Assembly: GCA_965235115.1 (NCBI GenBank)
Contig: OZ249436.1
Coordinates: 39,682,001 to 39,746,000 of the forward strand
Length of the DNA stretch: 64,000 nt
Direction: 5' to 3'
Source: Laetmonice hystrix
Taxonomy: Eukaryota
The position numbers and the translations under genes are program-made. The notes under the pieces were generated by a model. It saw nothing but the letters and a program-made list of their open reading frames with translations, made no database searches and was not told the origin of the DNA. Positions within the stretch are counted from its first letter, which is position 1. Each line of letters opens with the position of its first letter. Of this stretch, positions 13,101-27,265 are shown piece by piece.

Positions 13101-16100
13101 TACGCCAAAGACGACCGATTATTCAATGTCATTTTGATTATTTTTTATAGAGGTCCCCACTGAGTGAACGTTCCAGTGCCGAGAGTCTCGTATTCCTAAA
13201 TAACAGCTACCTGTCGTCTGGGACGATGAGTCGAGCTGGTCGTTCACTTGCCATGTCGCCTATGTTCAGCTCATCTATGCTCTATGTACTTGAATTTCCC
13301 TAATAAAATTGCCCCCCGTGCCTGCAACAGGTTAATACGTTCTCTGTATTCTCGCACAGTTCGCCATACTTGCTCTCAGAAGGGAAAGCGTGTTCTACAA
13401 ATTTGATTGACTTTCTTGCTGATGATTGGCACGTGTCTTTCTCTACACGTCAGGAATGTCAACCGTCACCTTTAAGAAATTCCATGCTCATAAGATAAGT
13501 GCCAACTCCCGGTACAGGGCCGCACTTTCTGCCAACCAGAACAGTCATTATAACCTGAATACAGCTACAAATATGTCAGCCAATACTTTAATGGCAGTTC
13601 ATTCTTTTTACCGTGGCTCGAAGAGGAAATGCTCTTAGCAGGAAATCCCAGCGGGCCACCAGAAGATGGCATGTCTTGGGCGGAAGGTGTTCCATGACCC
13701 GACGTTAGAGTCGGCTATGGTTGTGAGGGACACCTGTCACGCGTATAGCACCCGTTCAATCCCACACCGGCCCCAGCCCAGCCTGGCCTCGTCCGGCGCC
13801 CGCCTGGTCAGTGGTCAGTGGACACTTGTGGGGCCCGGCCGGATGTAGAGAGGGACAAAGAGCAGACTGTCTGATGCCCTCAACCAACATGTTACTGACA
13901 GTCCCAGCATCATCACTATCAAAAGCCAGTGGCCTCCGGAGGTTCTGCCAGGCCCGGTATAAGTGCTTCTAGTCGACATCACAAACATTAACTTAGTAGG
14001 CAGAGCAAACTAAAAAAAAGAGGAGCCTTGAAAAGAGTGTTTGAGCCCATTTTAAGGATATTTTTAACAGAGAGTTTAGAGAGCTGGGGATTCAATGTCA
14101 TTGGTTAAGGATACTTTGGACAGCGATATAATATGCCCGTTTAGGAGTACTACATTTATATCCTCTTCCAGAAAGGCCCCTCTTTTAAATGCATTGCATC
14201 TTGATTATTCATTTCGTGAATCCTCAAAAGGGCCCCGATTTATGAATGAAGTTTATTAATAGCAACAGTAAGAAGAAACGTTGATGTCTGAAAACCATTG
14301 CGAGTAGTTTGTCCCCGCCTGAGGTCGTTAACCGACACCAGTGGGCAGTATCAGTATTACAGTGCCAGATCAGCGCCCACTATAGTGCAGTGTCCTGTGC
14401 CAAGTTGCAATCAGCCAGCAGCACCGGGTGGCCAACCACAGGAGACCGCGCCAGCCTCGTGTCGACTGTTATTGGCGTCTTTCTGCCCGGCATTCAGGCC
14501 GACACTGATGCGTCTACCTATAGGCGTCTGTCTGTATATGGCCATGTCCAGACTGAGGTGGGGAGAGGGGGGCACGGTGATGAATGGATCTGGGCAAGAG
14601 ATCCAGATTGGTGGCAATGCTACGGTTTTATGTAGTTAGTATCATGATGTATCGTCTGAATAAGAGCTCTGAAACAAGCCACAACCGAGGAAAAAAGAAT
14701 TGCTTTTTAAATGGGCAAAAGCTAGATGTGATGCATACATTATTTAGTAGTTGTGAAGTAGCAACTAGTAGAGCCGATCTGAGATGGTTGGGAGATTTGA
14801 ATAAGGCACCCACTCCATATCCAGCAGTATGTAAATCTGACAACGACCGCAGCGTTATGGAGTCGGGCATTACTGGGTCAGCATTGAATAGAAAACAACT
14901 ATTTTTACTGATCCAGATGTAAAGATGAACTGCCATCATGTGCTGGATATATATTTTAACGAAAGTTTTCTCTACTTGATGCAGTGGTGCCCTTGCTTTT
15001 TATTACTTTTCTTCATTTTTCTATTCCGTTCTGCACACATCGAATGATTGTGGCATCCTCGATTAAATAAGTGGAATATTCAACAGAAGCAAAAATATTT
15101 GCAAATGAAGAGTGGTTAGCATCTATTGATGAAGATTATCATTAGGGCAGGGATGTCGGCTTCGAAGGTTGGCTCCAGAGAGTGAAAAAAAGGAACACTG
15201 GCGATGTGTAGTGTGGCTTAAGGGCAAAATGACATTCACTTTCAATGATTCCTAGTTACCGCCACCGACCAAACGGTGCGGGTTGTTACCTCCGTCTTTG
15301 CCTTGAACATGGCCTTAGTTTCCAACACGACCTAAACCCACCCATACTCTGTTACTGGTCTAACCCTGTCGTTCTCAACGTTCATTCCAAGCCCGCTGAC
15401 ATACACCTTTAAGCTGTAGAACCCCAGTCGAGATCAACATTGATTAACTGAGGATTACTCGTGCAGCTTTGAGCGTGTTGGCAAACAGCTGCTTCTTTGG
15501 GCGAATTCACAGCTTTGCCATCTGTCTGTCTTGGGGGGAATTTATGGCCGACCAGCGTCGCTCAAAAACATGGGCAAATATCAACAACAAGCTAATTATA
15601 AGATCCCCTGCCTCGCACCTGCTTTTGCCAAAGATGTGAGAATAGTAATCTGTGCAACTACGCCGTTACGGTGCCAAGCTGTCAATAATGCACCCCAGAG
15701 GAGATCTTCCAAATGTAGCCAATATCACCTAGGTACAAAGGGAACACCTTTTTTATGTTTCCCACTCTTTTTATTACTTTTTTTTTATCATGCTATAAAA
15801 AGTACGTGAAATCACGGAAGGAATCGGTGCATTTCTGTATTGCTTTGAAAACTGCTATTTTCTCCGTCATTTAAGAGAACGTTCGCGCTGACTTTTCCAC
15901 TTGGTTGTGAGGTGATGTGACAGCACTGGGCAGCAGTGGGCAGGCACGGCCAAGTGAATTCCCTTCTGCTGGCTCCAAGGGCCCAGCCCGAGAATCGAGC
16001 GGACAAAAAGTGGCCAACAAACGGCAACACTTCCACCCAGTGCCCATAAAGAAGTAATCAGCGTATTTTCTGCTCTTTCGGTGTCTCACACAGTGAGCTT

Positions 16101-19062
16101 TGTCGGTGTTGACAGGAAAAATTGACATTTGTGCACTTCTACAGCGAGGACTTTTATGAAACGCACCAAAGATTCCTTTTCTAGTGGACTGTTGTCGTGA
16201 TGTTGTCAGGCCCTTTTTGCTATATATGTATTACCTCTGGCACAACCAGTGTTAGACCGGCAGAGCTGACAGTATGAGCTCGCAGGCCTCGATCCAAATG
16301 TATAATGGACTTTTGATGTTGGGTTTTGGAGGCAAACAATGCTACGTTCTCCAAGGTTAGGCATTGATTTTGGGCGGGTGCGGCATATGGTAGCGGTTCG
16401 GTACCCACTCGTAAATTGATGAACTTGCTGCCAAGTCAAAACCACTTATGATCTAGTCATAGTCACACAACGCTTGAGCACTGCAGATTCCTGTTGTTGG
16501 GTTTTAGTAAAGCAAATGTATAGAGATGTTGATGATTTGTTAACACGTTGTTGTTAAATGTTACCCGATACAAGTAGTCAGGTATGTCGTTTCGTTCTCG
16601 ACGTAATACCTTGTCTTAGTGCAACTTTACTGCAGCGTATGATAACAAATGGCGGATGCAAGAACATTTTGTGAACTTAATCCCAAGAATGGCTTAAGTT
16701 ACTATCTAACTTAGATTTATGGTTGGGTACGTTTGGTAGTCAACTCGGCCAGTGAAATGAGGATCAGTCTCCAAAGAGAAAGGGCCAGAAAACTATACGT
16801 CCTTGCATCCGGCTAAAAGAGTTTCGCCTCATGGGGCTTTATAAAATGCAGGTCTATCCAGTGCCATTTAAGAGTGAACACTTTTGAAATCGTCTTGCTG
16901 TAGAGGACGTTGAATTCAGTTCTGACTGACACAGATTAATTCAATTTTACAAATTAAAGTGACAGAAATAGTCGGTGTGGCGACAGGCGTTATCCACAGC
17001 CAAGTGAAGCGGGAAGTGATTGTCATGGATGCCGTGTTATGTTTTTTTACCGCTCCTTGCTGAAGGCGTTTACAATGCGGTATCCGCCCATTTGTACAGA
17101 TAGCTTCAACGACATAGCTTTTTTCCCTTCAAAAGTTTTGGCTTCCGTCAAATTCAGACTGTCAAATCCGCCCCCAAAAAAGTAGAGAACTTGTGATATT
17201 GGGTCACCCTAACAAGGGCAGCTGGTCCAACGTTGGTCGTGTGAGCTATAGCAACATTCCCAAGCAAAACCGTACATAGAATTTCTAAGTCCTTGACCTC
17301 GGCTGGCTAGACCTGTTTCCTGTTTACGGGCAGTAATCTGTCCTACCACCGCCCAGACATGTCACACAGTGTGTGCAGTGGTGCAGTTGTAGGAAGTGTC
17401 GAGGATATGTTCAGGAGAGTGCCTGACCTTTTGCAGGGCTTGTTTGATATTTCTAACCAGACTTAGACACCACATTCAATGACACTAATTTTTCGGTGAA
17501 GAGACAAATAAACAGAAAATAGCATCCCAGTAAAACACTGTTTCAAGGTCCTTGTGAAGCGGCTCATTTAAAACAAGCACTATGTTGACATGCATCCCCT
17601 CTCTTTAAACTGGACGGATTTTTGGAGTCTCTCCGCCGACGAGTGTCTCTGAAATTGGAGCTTCTCAAATTGCTACACGCCTTGAGGTCCGCGTCTGCCT
17701 CGGTCGTAAATCAGCGTGGTGACAGGCAGGTATAATTGACTTGCAACACGTCAGGAACCACGATTTGTGGCGCTGATTGTCATGTACTTCCCTTTCTCTG
17801 TTTTTGTTTGTGGTACTCGCTAAAGAAGATCTCAGACTGATGGTTATGCGAGTATGGCGTCTTTGTGCTTTGGCTTCCATTCCCGAGAGTAGCGTAATTC
17901 TCACTATCCTGGGTCATCTTTGAAAAATATATGCTACATGGAAACTTAGGAAATCCGCAAAACTTGCATGTTATTCATCTTATTTCGAATCCATCTTAAG
18001 GTAAAATATGACTTTTTTTTCTAAATCACAATTATTTCCAGACCACTGCCTTAAAGCAATCAGAGAGTATGTCTTATTTCACTGACTCCAAAATGCAGAC
18101 ATAGGCTGTTAGGTTCGATAAGGTCTCAGACTACCTAAATCAATAAATATACACCCACAGAAATGGAGAACTCTAACGAAATTCAACTTTCCGGTTGCCT
18201 GTTTCCGCCATGAATCGAAAGTCTCATGGCTGGTTGTTGACCTGACATTGACTGCATTTTCGAGTCATTGAAACGAAGGATACTCGCTGATTGCTTTAAA
18301 TGGTCAGACTTCGCAAGGAGCTTAAACGAAGAGATAGTCTCTCACGGGAAATGTCAAAGCTGTTAGATTATGACATTGCGAGCCGATGTAATAATTCCAA
18401 GCTTTTCCCCAATTATCCAAAGGCGAAGTTTTTGAATTGGTCCAACAACGCTGTGAACAGCAGGCTACCGCAATACCGTATGTCGTGCTGAACGGTTTTC
18501 GGCCCCACAGCCAAAAAGCCGCTGTATTTTAAACGATTTAAATCAAGACGCGCGTCTTTTGCTGGACCTGCCCCCCCCCCCCCCAGGCGGAGTTCTCCGG
18601 AGTAAACAAAACACTCATTATTTTTCGACAGATTTTTGATGATGACTATGCATGTAGGGGTGTACTGTTAAATAAGATGTTTAACAAAAATCGACGGTTT
18701 CGCCGGGGAACTATATCGTTGTGCGCATGCAGTGTGCACTACGGTTCCGCCAAGAAGCAACAATGAGCATGGCCGCAGCCTTGCTTTCGAGCGATCCCGA
18801 CCAGAAATGTAGAATGTGAGGGTGACAGTGCATTTCGTCGCTGTCTGTTTACAAAACCTACGTATGTTAAACCTAAGAAGTAAGCTTGTGACAGAAGGTG
18901 CATAGATTTTGACGAGGTAAACATGAAACCCGGCCGAACTGGCTTCCTGTAACGCTCAAGGCATATAAATCCTGTAAGTACTGGATTGTTAATTTCCCCA
19001 CGTTTTATTCATCATAGTGTGTAACATGTCAGTGCGGCCAGGGTATAATAACTTATCCCTGT

Positions 19063-19292
19063 CAGGCCCGGATGTAGCGTCCCCTGGAAAATTGTGAAAT
19101 TTAAGGTGCAATTTGGTGACATTTAGTGCATTTTGGAGCATAAAATGAGGTCTTAAATGAGATGTCAAATGGGAGCAAAACAAACAAAAAAGGAAAAAGA
19201 AAGAAAAAAAGAAAAGCGTCTGGAAGGGGGAGGGATACCCACCCAATTACCCCCCCCCCCTTCTCCCCCCCTCCCCCCGCGATCCGCCCCTG
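19063..19292. mobile_element. Degenerate CAG-ended MITE with poly-C tracts
   Basis: Left end caggcccggatgtag versus right end gatccgcccctg (reverse complement caggggcggatc). Internal cccctggaaaattgtgaaat resembles the fragment near 59005. No clear TSD. Confidence 0.45.
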
Positions 19293-21958
19293 TCGGTGCT
19301 TGTGCTAGCGTCTAGCCCCTCGTCGTTCCCTCCGGCCTCTGCTGGCCCTAATACCAGTGAACGGTCGGATCTAAGTCTGCATGGATTACATTTCCCAGCA
19401 TGCCCGAGGGGAAGCCAGAGCGAAAGGCGTTGATCGGTATCAGAATGATTCCTCGGTTAGCCTGAATGTAAGGGCAAAAAGTTTCCACCTCTCTACTGGC
19501 GGGAATAGAATCCCCAGTCACCGACAGCTCATATCTTTGGTCCAAATTGTTATCAAATCAACGAGTTCCTCCCTTTATTGATTTTAATTCATTTGTCTTG
19601 GGGAGAATGGAATTTTAGGACATAGGCCGACTTCAAAAGTATAACATGCCAGAGAGAGACAGAGACAGAGACAGGCAGACAGACAGAGAGACAGGAGCAG
19701 GTATCGCTAGTGTAATACGAAGAGGGGCGATAGAGTAGTTAGGTGTTCCTGGCCGCCAAGTGTATTCATTCATTAGTTTTTTGCCAACCACCTCCCATGG
19801 TCATGCTTCGCCACTGGTTGATTGTTGGCCCTAATTGGAAACGGCATAGCAAGAGGTTCACAGAAAACCCAAGCCATGTTAATTAACTGATCGTGGTGTT
19901 AATGATCTGTTAATGCGGCCGAGTAGTTTGTAGAATATGTTAATTGGCCTTGCCGATGTGCTGTAGGAGTGTTAGTTACACGCTATGTGTGATGTGTGCT
20001 CAATCATCGACGTCCGCTTGTTGGTGTGAGAGGAAAGATTTCACTTTGCATTTCTCAGCTTCGTGCGTCACAGCGTGGCGACTAAGCGCACCCCGCCACG
20101 CGCCTGGCCTACTTATTGTTGTTGTTCCGTGACCAACGTTGTTGACGTCACTGCAGCCAAGTCGTCGAACTCGGCGCTGCCCTCGCATCAGAATGCTTCA
20201 CTGTGCTTCGCTAACATTAGAGAGTTATACGTTATAAAGTGAACTTCGTTGTGAACTAATTATTGTGCGTGACGTTTTTAGGCGGCATGAAGTAATCAAA
20301 TTGAACAAAGTTAAATGTTTGAAAGCATTCTGTGGCATAGCCATGAACGTATAACCAGTAGCTCGGCACAACAGATACTGTGATATATTGGGGGGGGGGG
20401 GGCACTTTACTTGAGGTAATTGGGGGGGGGGGCAATCTACAAAGGCCATAGGATTATTAAGGGGACAGGACACCTAATAGAATTATGGAGGGGGGGGGGA
20501 ACAATGCCCCTTCCCCTCTCCCCCACTTCCGCCGCCTATGATAACGTGTGATCATTCCCGATGAGGGTTACTTACAAAGGTATCGGCCGTGTGAGGTTTA
20601 GGGCCTACCCAATCCGTGGTCGGCTGAAGGCGACACTTGAGGCGACCTCCCGGACAGTTGTCGGGCACCGTAGTACAGAAAGGTGTGAGAACAATTTGAA
20701 GTCAGTCTGTAAATATCAGCAGATCCCGCCTTATATAGTTTGAGGAGTGCACCTGGTACTCGGCGTTACAATGAAACCGTCTCTACCCAGAAGATCTCCC
20801 TTCACGGCGAATTCTGTAGAAACACATCAAAACCTAGTTAGTATGAAAAGGTAGCGTGTATGTAAATAGATATGATTAGAGTGATTACAGACAGGGGTCT
20901 CCGAGTGAAGACAGGTGTCTAGGATCTAGGACTACCACCTGGAGGTACGGCTTGTGAAGTTTAGCTTCCATCTCTTTACACCCTGAAGGCAATGAAAGAC
21001 CTTGCCAGACTGAGGATTTCTTCGCAGTAACTTAGCAACAATACGTTTAAAAATAGGTATTGGATGTATTGATATGATTGAAGTGATTCAAACATGAGAT
21101 GTCAAAAACTTTCCACAGCTGGAAACTTAATGAGCCCATATCCCTGTCAAGTTGACGTTCACTAGTGCCGTATTTTTCTCCCTTTAATCATATCACCCGA
21201 CTCTCCGTTTGAGTCCGTAGTTTGATACGCTTATCAGGTGAATCAAATTGATAGCGAAAGATATTACCAGCCTACTGAATATATAGGCCTACGGTTACGC
21301 TACGATTGCTCAGTTGAGAGTGAATCAGCATGTAAAGGATTGGCTGGATCTTCGCATTGTCTATGACGTCATCCGCTAGTCAAGGCGTTTAGCACTGAGA
21401 TATGACAGGCCAATATGTAGACTAACATGGCAGGTTGATGGGCACCTTGTTACTTTTATACCAGTATAAATTCAAAGCAAGAAATAATTCAACTCTAAGG
21501 GGCAAGCGCCATGATGTAAATTCACTACTCGCTGTTAGTGTGAAATTAGATTTATTCCGACTGCATGGCCGTCATCTTGAGTCTCTTATTAGGACTCTCG
21601 GTGTGCTGAGGACAGAAAATACTTCACGGCAGTAATTAAGATAGAGACTGCTACAAAGAAAGATCGACTGGATCGGATTGTAGGCGTATAGAGCATTAAT
21701 AAATATCTTGATTTATAGTGATAGCTTTACTGATCTAAAATACCCATTCAGGACGAGAAATGCACTCTATATAGCCCTCTTCATGTCTACAGTCGTTAGG
21801 AAATGTTGAGGTGTTAATATCCTTTGTAGTGACCTGTTACACTATGACGCAGGTGTTCTGGATTTGTTGTGTGGCTTCGAGACGTCATCATAGCTAAACC
21901 TCTTCATTTTGTACCCGTGTTGGTGTGTTTATGTTGGAAACATCTATTGCACACTGAC

Positions 21959-23201
21959 TTTTAGCTTCTAATTCACCGTCCCTTCGTCCGTGGACAGCGA
22001 TATCTCAAAAACAGGTAGTCCAATCCTTTTAATATTTTAACACAAGATCAGTTTGGTAGCCATCTTGGATGTAAACACATTTCAAGCAATACCTCGATCA
22101 AAACAATCCCAATTTCTTTCAAATTTGGTGCAAAGAAGGTGCATATGAGGGGCAATGTATTCCTAGTTCAGAGCAAATGTGGCGACCATATTTTTTGTTT
22201 TTTTTTGTTTTTTTGTTGTTGTCATCTTTATTCAGGAAAATAGCAACCACTCGGCTTAAGTAAACTGTAAGTAAACATCAAGACCCCCAAATAACAGCGT
22301 TTTGGCTGCAAGCGGTGCAAGATCAGTGGCGTACCCAGAAACTGGATCCAGGGGGTGCTGGAAATAACCAACGTCGTAGGCGCTGCAAATTGGGAGGGGG
22401 CTGTGGGCAACAAGGCCACAAAAACAAAAACAAAAACAAAAAAATGGGCAAATTGAGGGGGGTGCTTGAGCACCCCAAGCACCCCCCCCCCCCCTGGGTA
22501 TGCTACTGAAGATGATACAATAGTTGCTATTATTGACAGATAGGAAGTCATGAAGTTTCGATTGGCCCATTTTCCATAACCTTGAGCGACTTTGAACTTA
22601 GGTCAATCAAAGTCATGCATATTTTCACTGGCCTGTATCTTCAAAACAGTTTATGATAACGACATAATCTTGCATGAAACGTTACATATTCACCAGGGAC
22701 AGTCCCCAGGATGACACAGATCAAACATAATCTTTCAAAATGGCCGCTTGGAGGCCATCTTGGTTATTAAGACATTTGGAGCAGTAACTATGACAAAATT
22801 ACCTGGATTTCTGTCAAACTTGTTGACGGGAGAAGACACATGAGTGGCAACAAGCGTGGTAGTTTATTTTGTGTTCAGATTAAATATAAGTGAACATGGT
22901 AACCATTATACTTTCTATAAACTGAGGTTAGGAAGTTATATTAAGTTTCATTTGTTACTATTTCCGTTTACATTGAGTGACCTTGTGAGGCCACTCAATT
23001 CAAGGTTGGGACATTTTTCGTATTTCAAAAACACTTCAAGATAACCACTTTCTTACAACAAATGATGGATCAAGACATACACGTTTCTTTGTGACCCATG
23101 TATCACGGATATTCTCACATGGACTAGATCTCACAAATACACTGTACGCATAGTTCCAGGGCCCACAGATAATAATAGTCCCGACTCCGACGGGGTCTTG
23201 T
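21959..23201 (+). mobile_element. Helentron-associated (HINE/DINE-like) non-autonomous element, degenerate
   Basis: Starts in a T-run (ttttagct) with a cgtccgt motif near the 5' end and internal aaaatggccgc/ggccatcttgg motifs. Ends with a GC hairpin remnant cccgactccgacgggg followed by tcttgt and a T-run. Confidence 0.45.
22324..22508. mobile_element. 185-bp MITE with 15-bp TIRs and 5-bp TSD (AAGAT), nested in the HINE-like element
   Basis: cagtggcgtacccag ... ctgggtatgctactg (13/15 inverted match). aagat lies at 22319-22323 and 22509-22513. Confidence 0.85.
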
Positions 23202-23315
23202 TTTATTTTTAAAGTAAGTTTCCTCTACCATCCTGGTGCTTTTGAATGTTTTTCGATCTCATGTGTCCCGAGTTTGCTACAACTCCATGTTATCTTTACT
23301 ACCTAATTACTACAA

Positions 23316-23490
23316 GGGGAGTGGCGGTGGCCTAGTGGGCATGGATGTCGACACCTTATGCTATGCGAATGGGTGCAGTAATCTTAGGGCCTGGGTTCGA
23401 TTCCTGTAGAGGACTATACAACTTTTCTCTTTAGGGACATTGTCAAAGTAATTGGGTTACCCCTGATGCCCGTGCATTTCAAAAGAAAAA
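23316..23490 (+). mobile_element. tRNA-derived SINE
   Basis: A-box tggcctagtgg (23328-23338), B-box gggttcgattcc (23393-23404), A-rich tail aaaagaaaaa, and a possible tacaa duplication on both flanks. I could not fold a cloverleaf by eye. Confidence 0.7.
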
Positions 23491-25206
23491 TACAACTGTT
23501 ATTTATCTGTTTTCAGGTGAGTTCGGCTACATTGATGCCTCCAATCAGGTACTAACAGTATGTCTTCTCAAGTAATACCGATCGGATTATTATTCTACAC
23601 ACCGAGTAGATTTGTCAAAACGAAGAGGAGTGTTAAGGTATTGTAAATTCACGACGTGATTCTGGTTGATTGTATTTGTTCCACATGCAGCCTTGGGAAC
23701 GTGAGAGGGATGATCTGTTCTCAGGTGTGTCGTCTGTGTGGTGTCTGTCCAAAGTCCGGTTTAAGCCGGGCAAGCCAGACCCGTCTTGTTTGCACGGTGC
23801 ACGTGTGCAATCAGACATGGTCCGGCAGCTGACGTTTTTGTGCCGTTTTGTGTCAAGTGGTACCAAAGAATAAATGGCATCTGTCAGGTGGAGGGGAGGC
23901 TATAGGGTCACTTTGTCGAAATTGATATTTTTATGTTGACTAAAAAGCTGTTGTATCATAATGTTTTATGATAGTTTGTATTGTATGACGACCATATTTC
24001 AAGGGTTGCATTGCTATAAGGCAGGTTTTACATTCAGCTGCATGGTGCGTATCGAAAGGTTGCCTCACCAAAAATCGCTTTTTATTCCAGGAGACAGGTT
24101 GCCGCGATAAAAGTTCCCGTTGTATAGCCGGCTTTAGGCACATGCACTGCTGACGAGGCCCCGTTATTAAATGGCACAATTCAATAAGCTTTCTACGTGG
24201 ACTTGACATGGATTTTGAGGCCAAGAGTAGATGATTTGGCAAGCCCGTCACAATTAAGCCACTCTTGACACCACACTCACAGTGCAGCAATATGGACAAA
24301 TCTTACCGTGAGTGATTACGTCGCGTTTTTCTTTCCGCTAAATCCTGTCTCGTACAATCGCTACTTCCAAATCTCTCACCCACACCCTGGCGTACATGAG
24401 AGGACCGCGATCGAGGGGAAAGAAACTTGCTTGATGTGGACAGGAGCCTTGATAGCAGCGTCAAGTCCCTTGTGATTGCTGTAAAACAAACTCTACTGGT
24501 ACCAACCAATTAGTTGATTGAAATCATTTTGCTTAGCCACTAGATGATGCAAAATAGGTAGCGGTTAGAAGAATTTAAAGTTGTAATGAAACGGATGGAT
24601 TTAGGGATGATTATCTTGAGAAGTTGCTTGCTTACATCAGACTTTTAATATACGAGATCTAAGAAAGAATTTAATTACACTCTCTGTGTAAATGAGCCAA
24701 GTCGAAAAAAAAAATTGTATCGGGATATGGAATCAGTACATTCAATCTTACGAAATCCTTCCCTATGGCTAAGCCGCCTAGTGCCTGCACGAGGGTGACA
24801 AGAAAACAGTTTCTTTGAACAGGTTATGCTTATTAATTATTACCTGGGTAAGTTCACATGATTTGAGATAGAACACACACAACTCAAGTTTGTCCACTCC
24901 GATAACTTTTTCAGACTCGTCGCCTTCGTAAAAGTAAACATTTATCGTTAATTAATTTCTTGAAGACATGTTGACAATCTGTGCCAAAGTTCAACAATTC
25001 TGTCGCTCTGACGGGAAATTCAGGCTAGCAATCGAGTAGATTCCATTTTTGAGAGATGGATTCCACTTGTCCTACACAGTCTCGAACACCTGCCTCAGAG
25101 CCCGAAGCGGAAAAAATGGCCATGTGTGCAAGATGCAGGGAACTAATACCAGAAGTGAAGATTGTCGCAGGAAAAAAGAAGGGTTTAGTTGGGTGCTTGT
25201 TAATCT

Positions 25207-26393
25207 GTACACCGTCGTGTTGCAATTCGTAGAACGAATATGAAGGAGGGGTACACCGTCGTGTTGCAATTCGTAGAACGAATATGAAGGAGGGGTACAC
25301 CGTCGTGTTGCAATTCGTAGAACGAATATGAAGGAGGGGTACACCGTCGTGTTGCAATTCGTAGAACGAATATGAAGGAGGGGTACACCGTCGTGTTGCA
25401 ATTCGTAGAACGAATATGAAGGAGGTGTACACCGTCGTGTTGCAATTCGTAGAACGAATATGAAGGAGGGGTACACCGTCGTGTTGCAATTCGTAGAACG
25501 AATATGAAGGAGGGGTACACCGTCGTGTTGCAATTCGTAGAACGAATATGAAGGAGGTGTACACCGTCATGTTGCAATTCGTAGAACGAATATGAAGGAG
25601 GGGTACACCGTCGTGTTGCAATTCGTAGAACGAGTATGAAGGAGGGGTACACCGTCGTGTTGCAATTCGTAGAACGAATATGAAGGAGGGGTACACCGTC
25701 GTGTTGCAATTCGTAGAACGAATATGAAGGAGGTGTACACCGTCATGTTGCAATTCGTAGAACGAATATGAAGGAGGGGTACACCGTCGTGTTGCAATTC
25801 GTAGAACGAATATGAAGGAGGGGTACACCGTCGTGTTGCAATTCGTAGAACGAATATGAAGGAGGGGTACAGCGTCGTGTTGCAATTCGTAGAACGAATA
25901 TGAAGGAGGGGTACACCGTCGTGTTGCAATTCGTAGAACGAATATGAAGGAGGTGTACACCGTCATGTTGCAATTCGTAGAACGAATATGAAGGAGGGGT
26001 ACACCGTCGTGTTGCAATTCGTAGAACGAGTATGAAGGAGGGGTACACCGTCGTGTTGCAATTCGTAGAACGAATATGAAGGAGGGGTACACCGTCGTGT
26101 TGCAATTCGTAGAACGAATATGAAGGAGGTGTACACCGTCATGTTGCAATTCGTAGAACGAATATGAAGGAGGGGTACACCGTCGTGTTGCAATTCGTAG
26201 AACGAGTATGAAGGAGGGGTACACCGTCGTGTTGCAATTCGTAGAACGAATATGAAGGAGGGGTACACCGTCGTGTTGCAATTCGTAGAACGAATATGAA
26301 GGAGGTGTACACCGTCATGTTGCAATTCGTAGAACGAATATGAAGGAGGGGTACACCGTCGTGTTGCAATTCGTAGAACGAATATGAAGGAGG
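25207..26393. repeat. Minisatellite, 44-bp unit x27
   Basis: Unit gtacaccgtcgtgttgcaattcgtagaacgaatatgaaggaggg. Copies are head-to-tail with no spacers. Confidence 0.98.
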
Positions 26394-27094
26394 CATAGAC
26401 CTGGATCAGTTACTGCACTTTCTCGATTCTACCATTGATTCATCTGACTTTGGTTTGATTTACACATCTTGACCGGATCATATAAAGAACACACATTAGA
26501 AAGACTTGACCGTTGAGGGATTGAGTACGGTAAGCTCATCATTCAATCCAAACAAAGACATCTGTTAAATGTCTCTCCCAGATTCTAGACGCCATCAGAT
26601 TTCAAGCATCATCGAATTCGTCTGCCCAGAAATGTATCGTAAGGCATTGACGTAGGACGAATATGAGCGCTTTCCTGTGACGATGGTGGAGGATTTTGCG
26701 TGTCGGTGGCAATATTTTTCAACGGTAATGCACCACTAAACCGACCATGTTTAGTGTAGCACAAGAACTAACAGAGCTGCGGGGAGAGACACACGGTGAA
26801 AGGTTTTCACCGCTTGATTTGATTTGAGTAAAGATCAAGCGATAAAACCACAAATTTGGTAGTACATGTACTTTATATTCAAGTCAGTAACAAAGGTTTT
26901 TAGATGTCGCCTAAAAAGGGGGTGCTGTTTATGTTGATACTATCCAGATTAATTAATCCATTGTAACCTAGAGATTCATTTCGTCACAGGGGGAGATTCT
27001 GAGATGCACATATCCATGCTCGTATATACTCGTAATACAATTACACGGGTACAGTGATACAAAAGGTTGTATCACATGGTTGTGATACTGTAAA

Positions 27095-27265
27095 TGGGTG
27101 TTTTGTGTGTCGTTTATGTGATTGTGGGTGTTTTGTGTCTTTTATGTGATTGTGGGCGTTTGTGTGTCGGTTATGATTGTGGGTGTTTTGTGTGTCTTGT
27201 ATATGATTGTGGGTATTTTGTGTGTCTTATATGTTGGGTGTTTTGTGTGTCTTATATGTGATTTA
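27095..27265. repeat. Degenerate TG-rich minisatellite, ~28-30-bp unit, ~6 copies
   Basis: Recurrent tgattgtgggtgttttgtgtgtctt. Confidence 0.8.

Noticed and set aside
20386..20540. Complete MITE with poly-G tracts
   Set aside because: Only the right end (ttccgccgcctatg) is recognisable. I could not define a left TIR or TSD.
23316..23410. tRNA gene
   Set aside because: A and B boxes are present but their spacing is long, I could not fold a cloverleaf, and it continues into a body and A-rich tail, so a SINE fits better.
25207..26393. CRISPR-like array (palindromic ~44-bp repeat)
   Set aside because: Repeats are head-to-tail with no unique spacers, there are no cas genes, and the context is eukaryotic.
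25025..26396. 418-aa and overlapping minus-strand ORFs
   Set aside because: They are translations of the 44-bp minisatellite cycling through frames.
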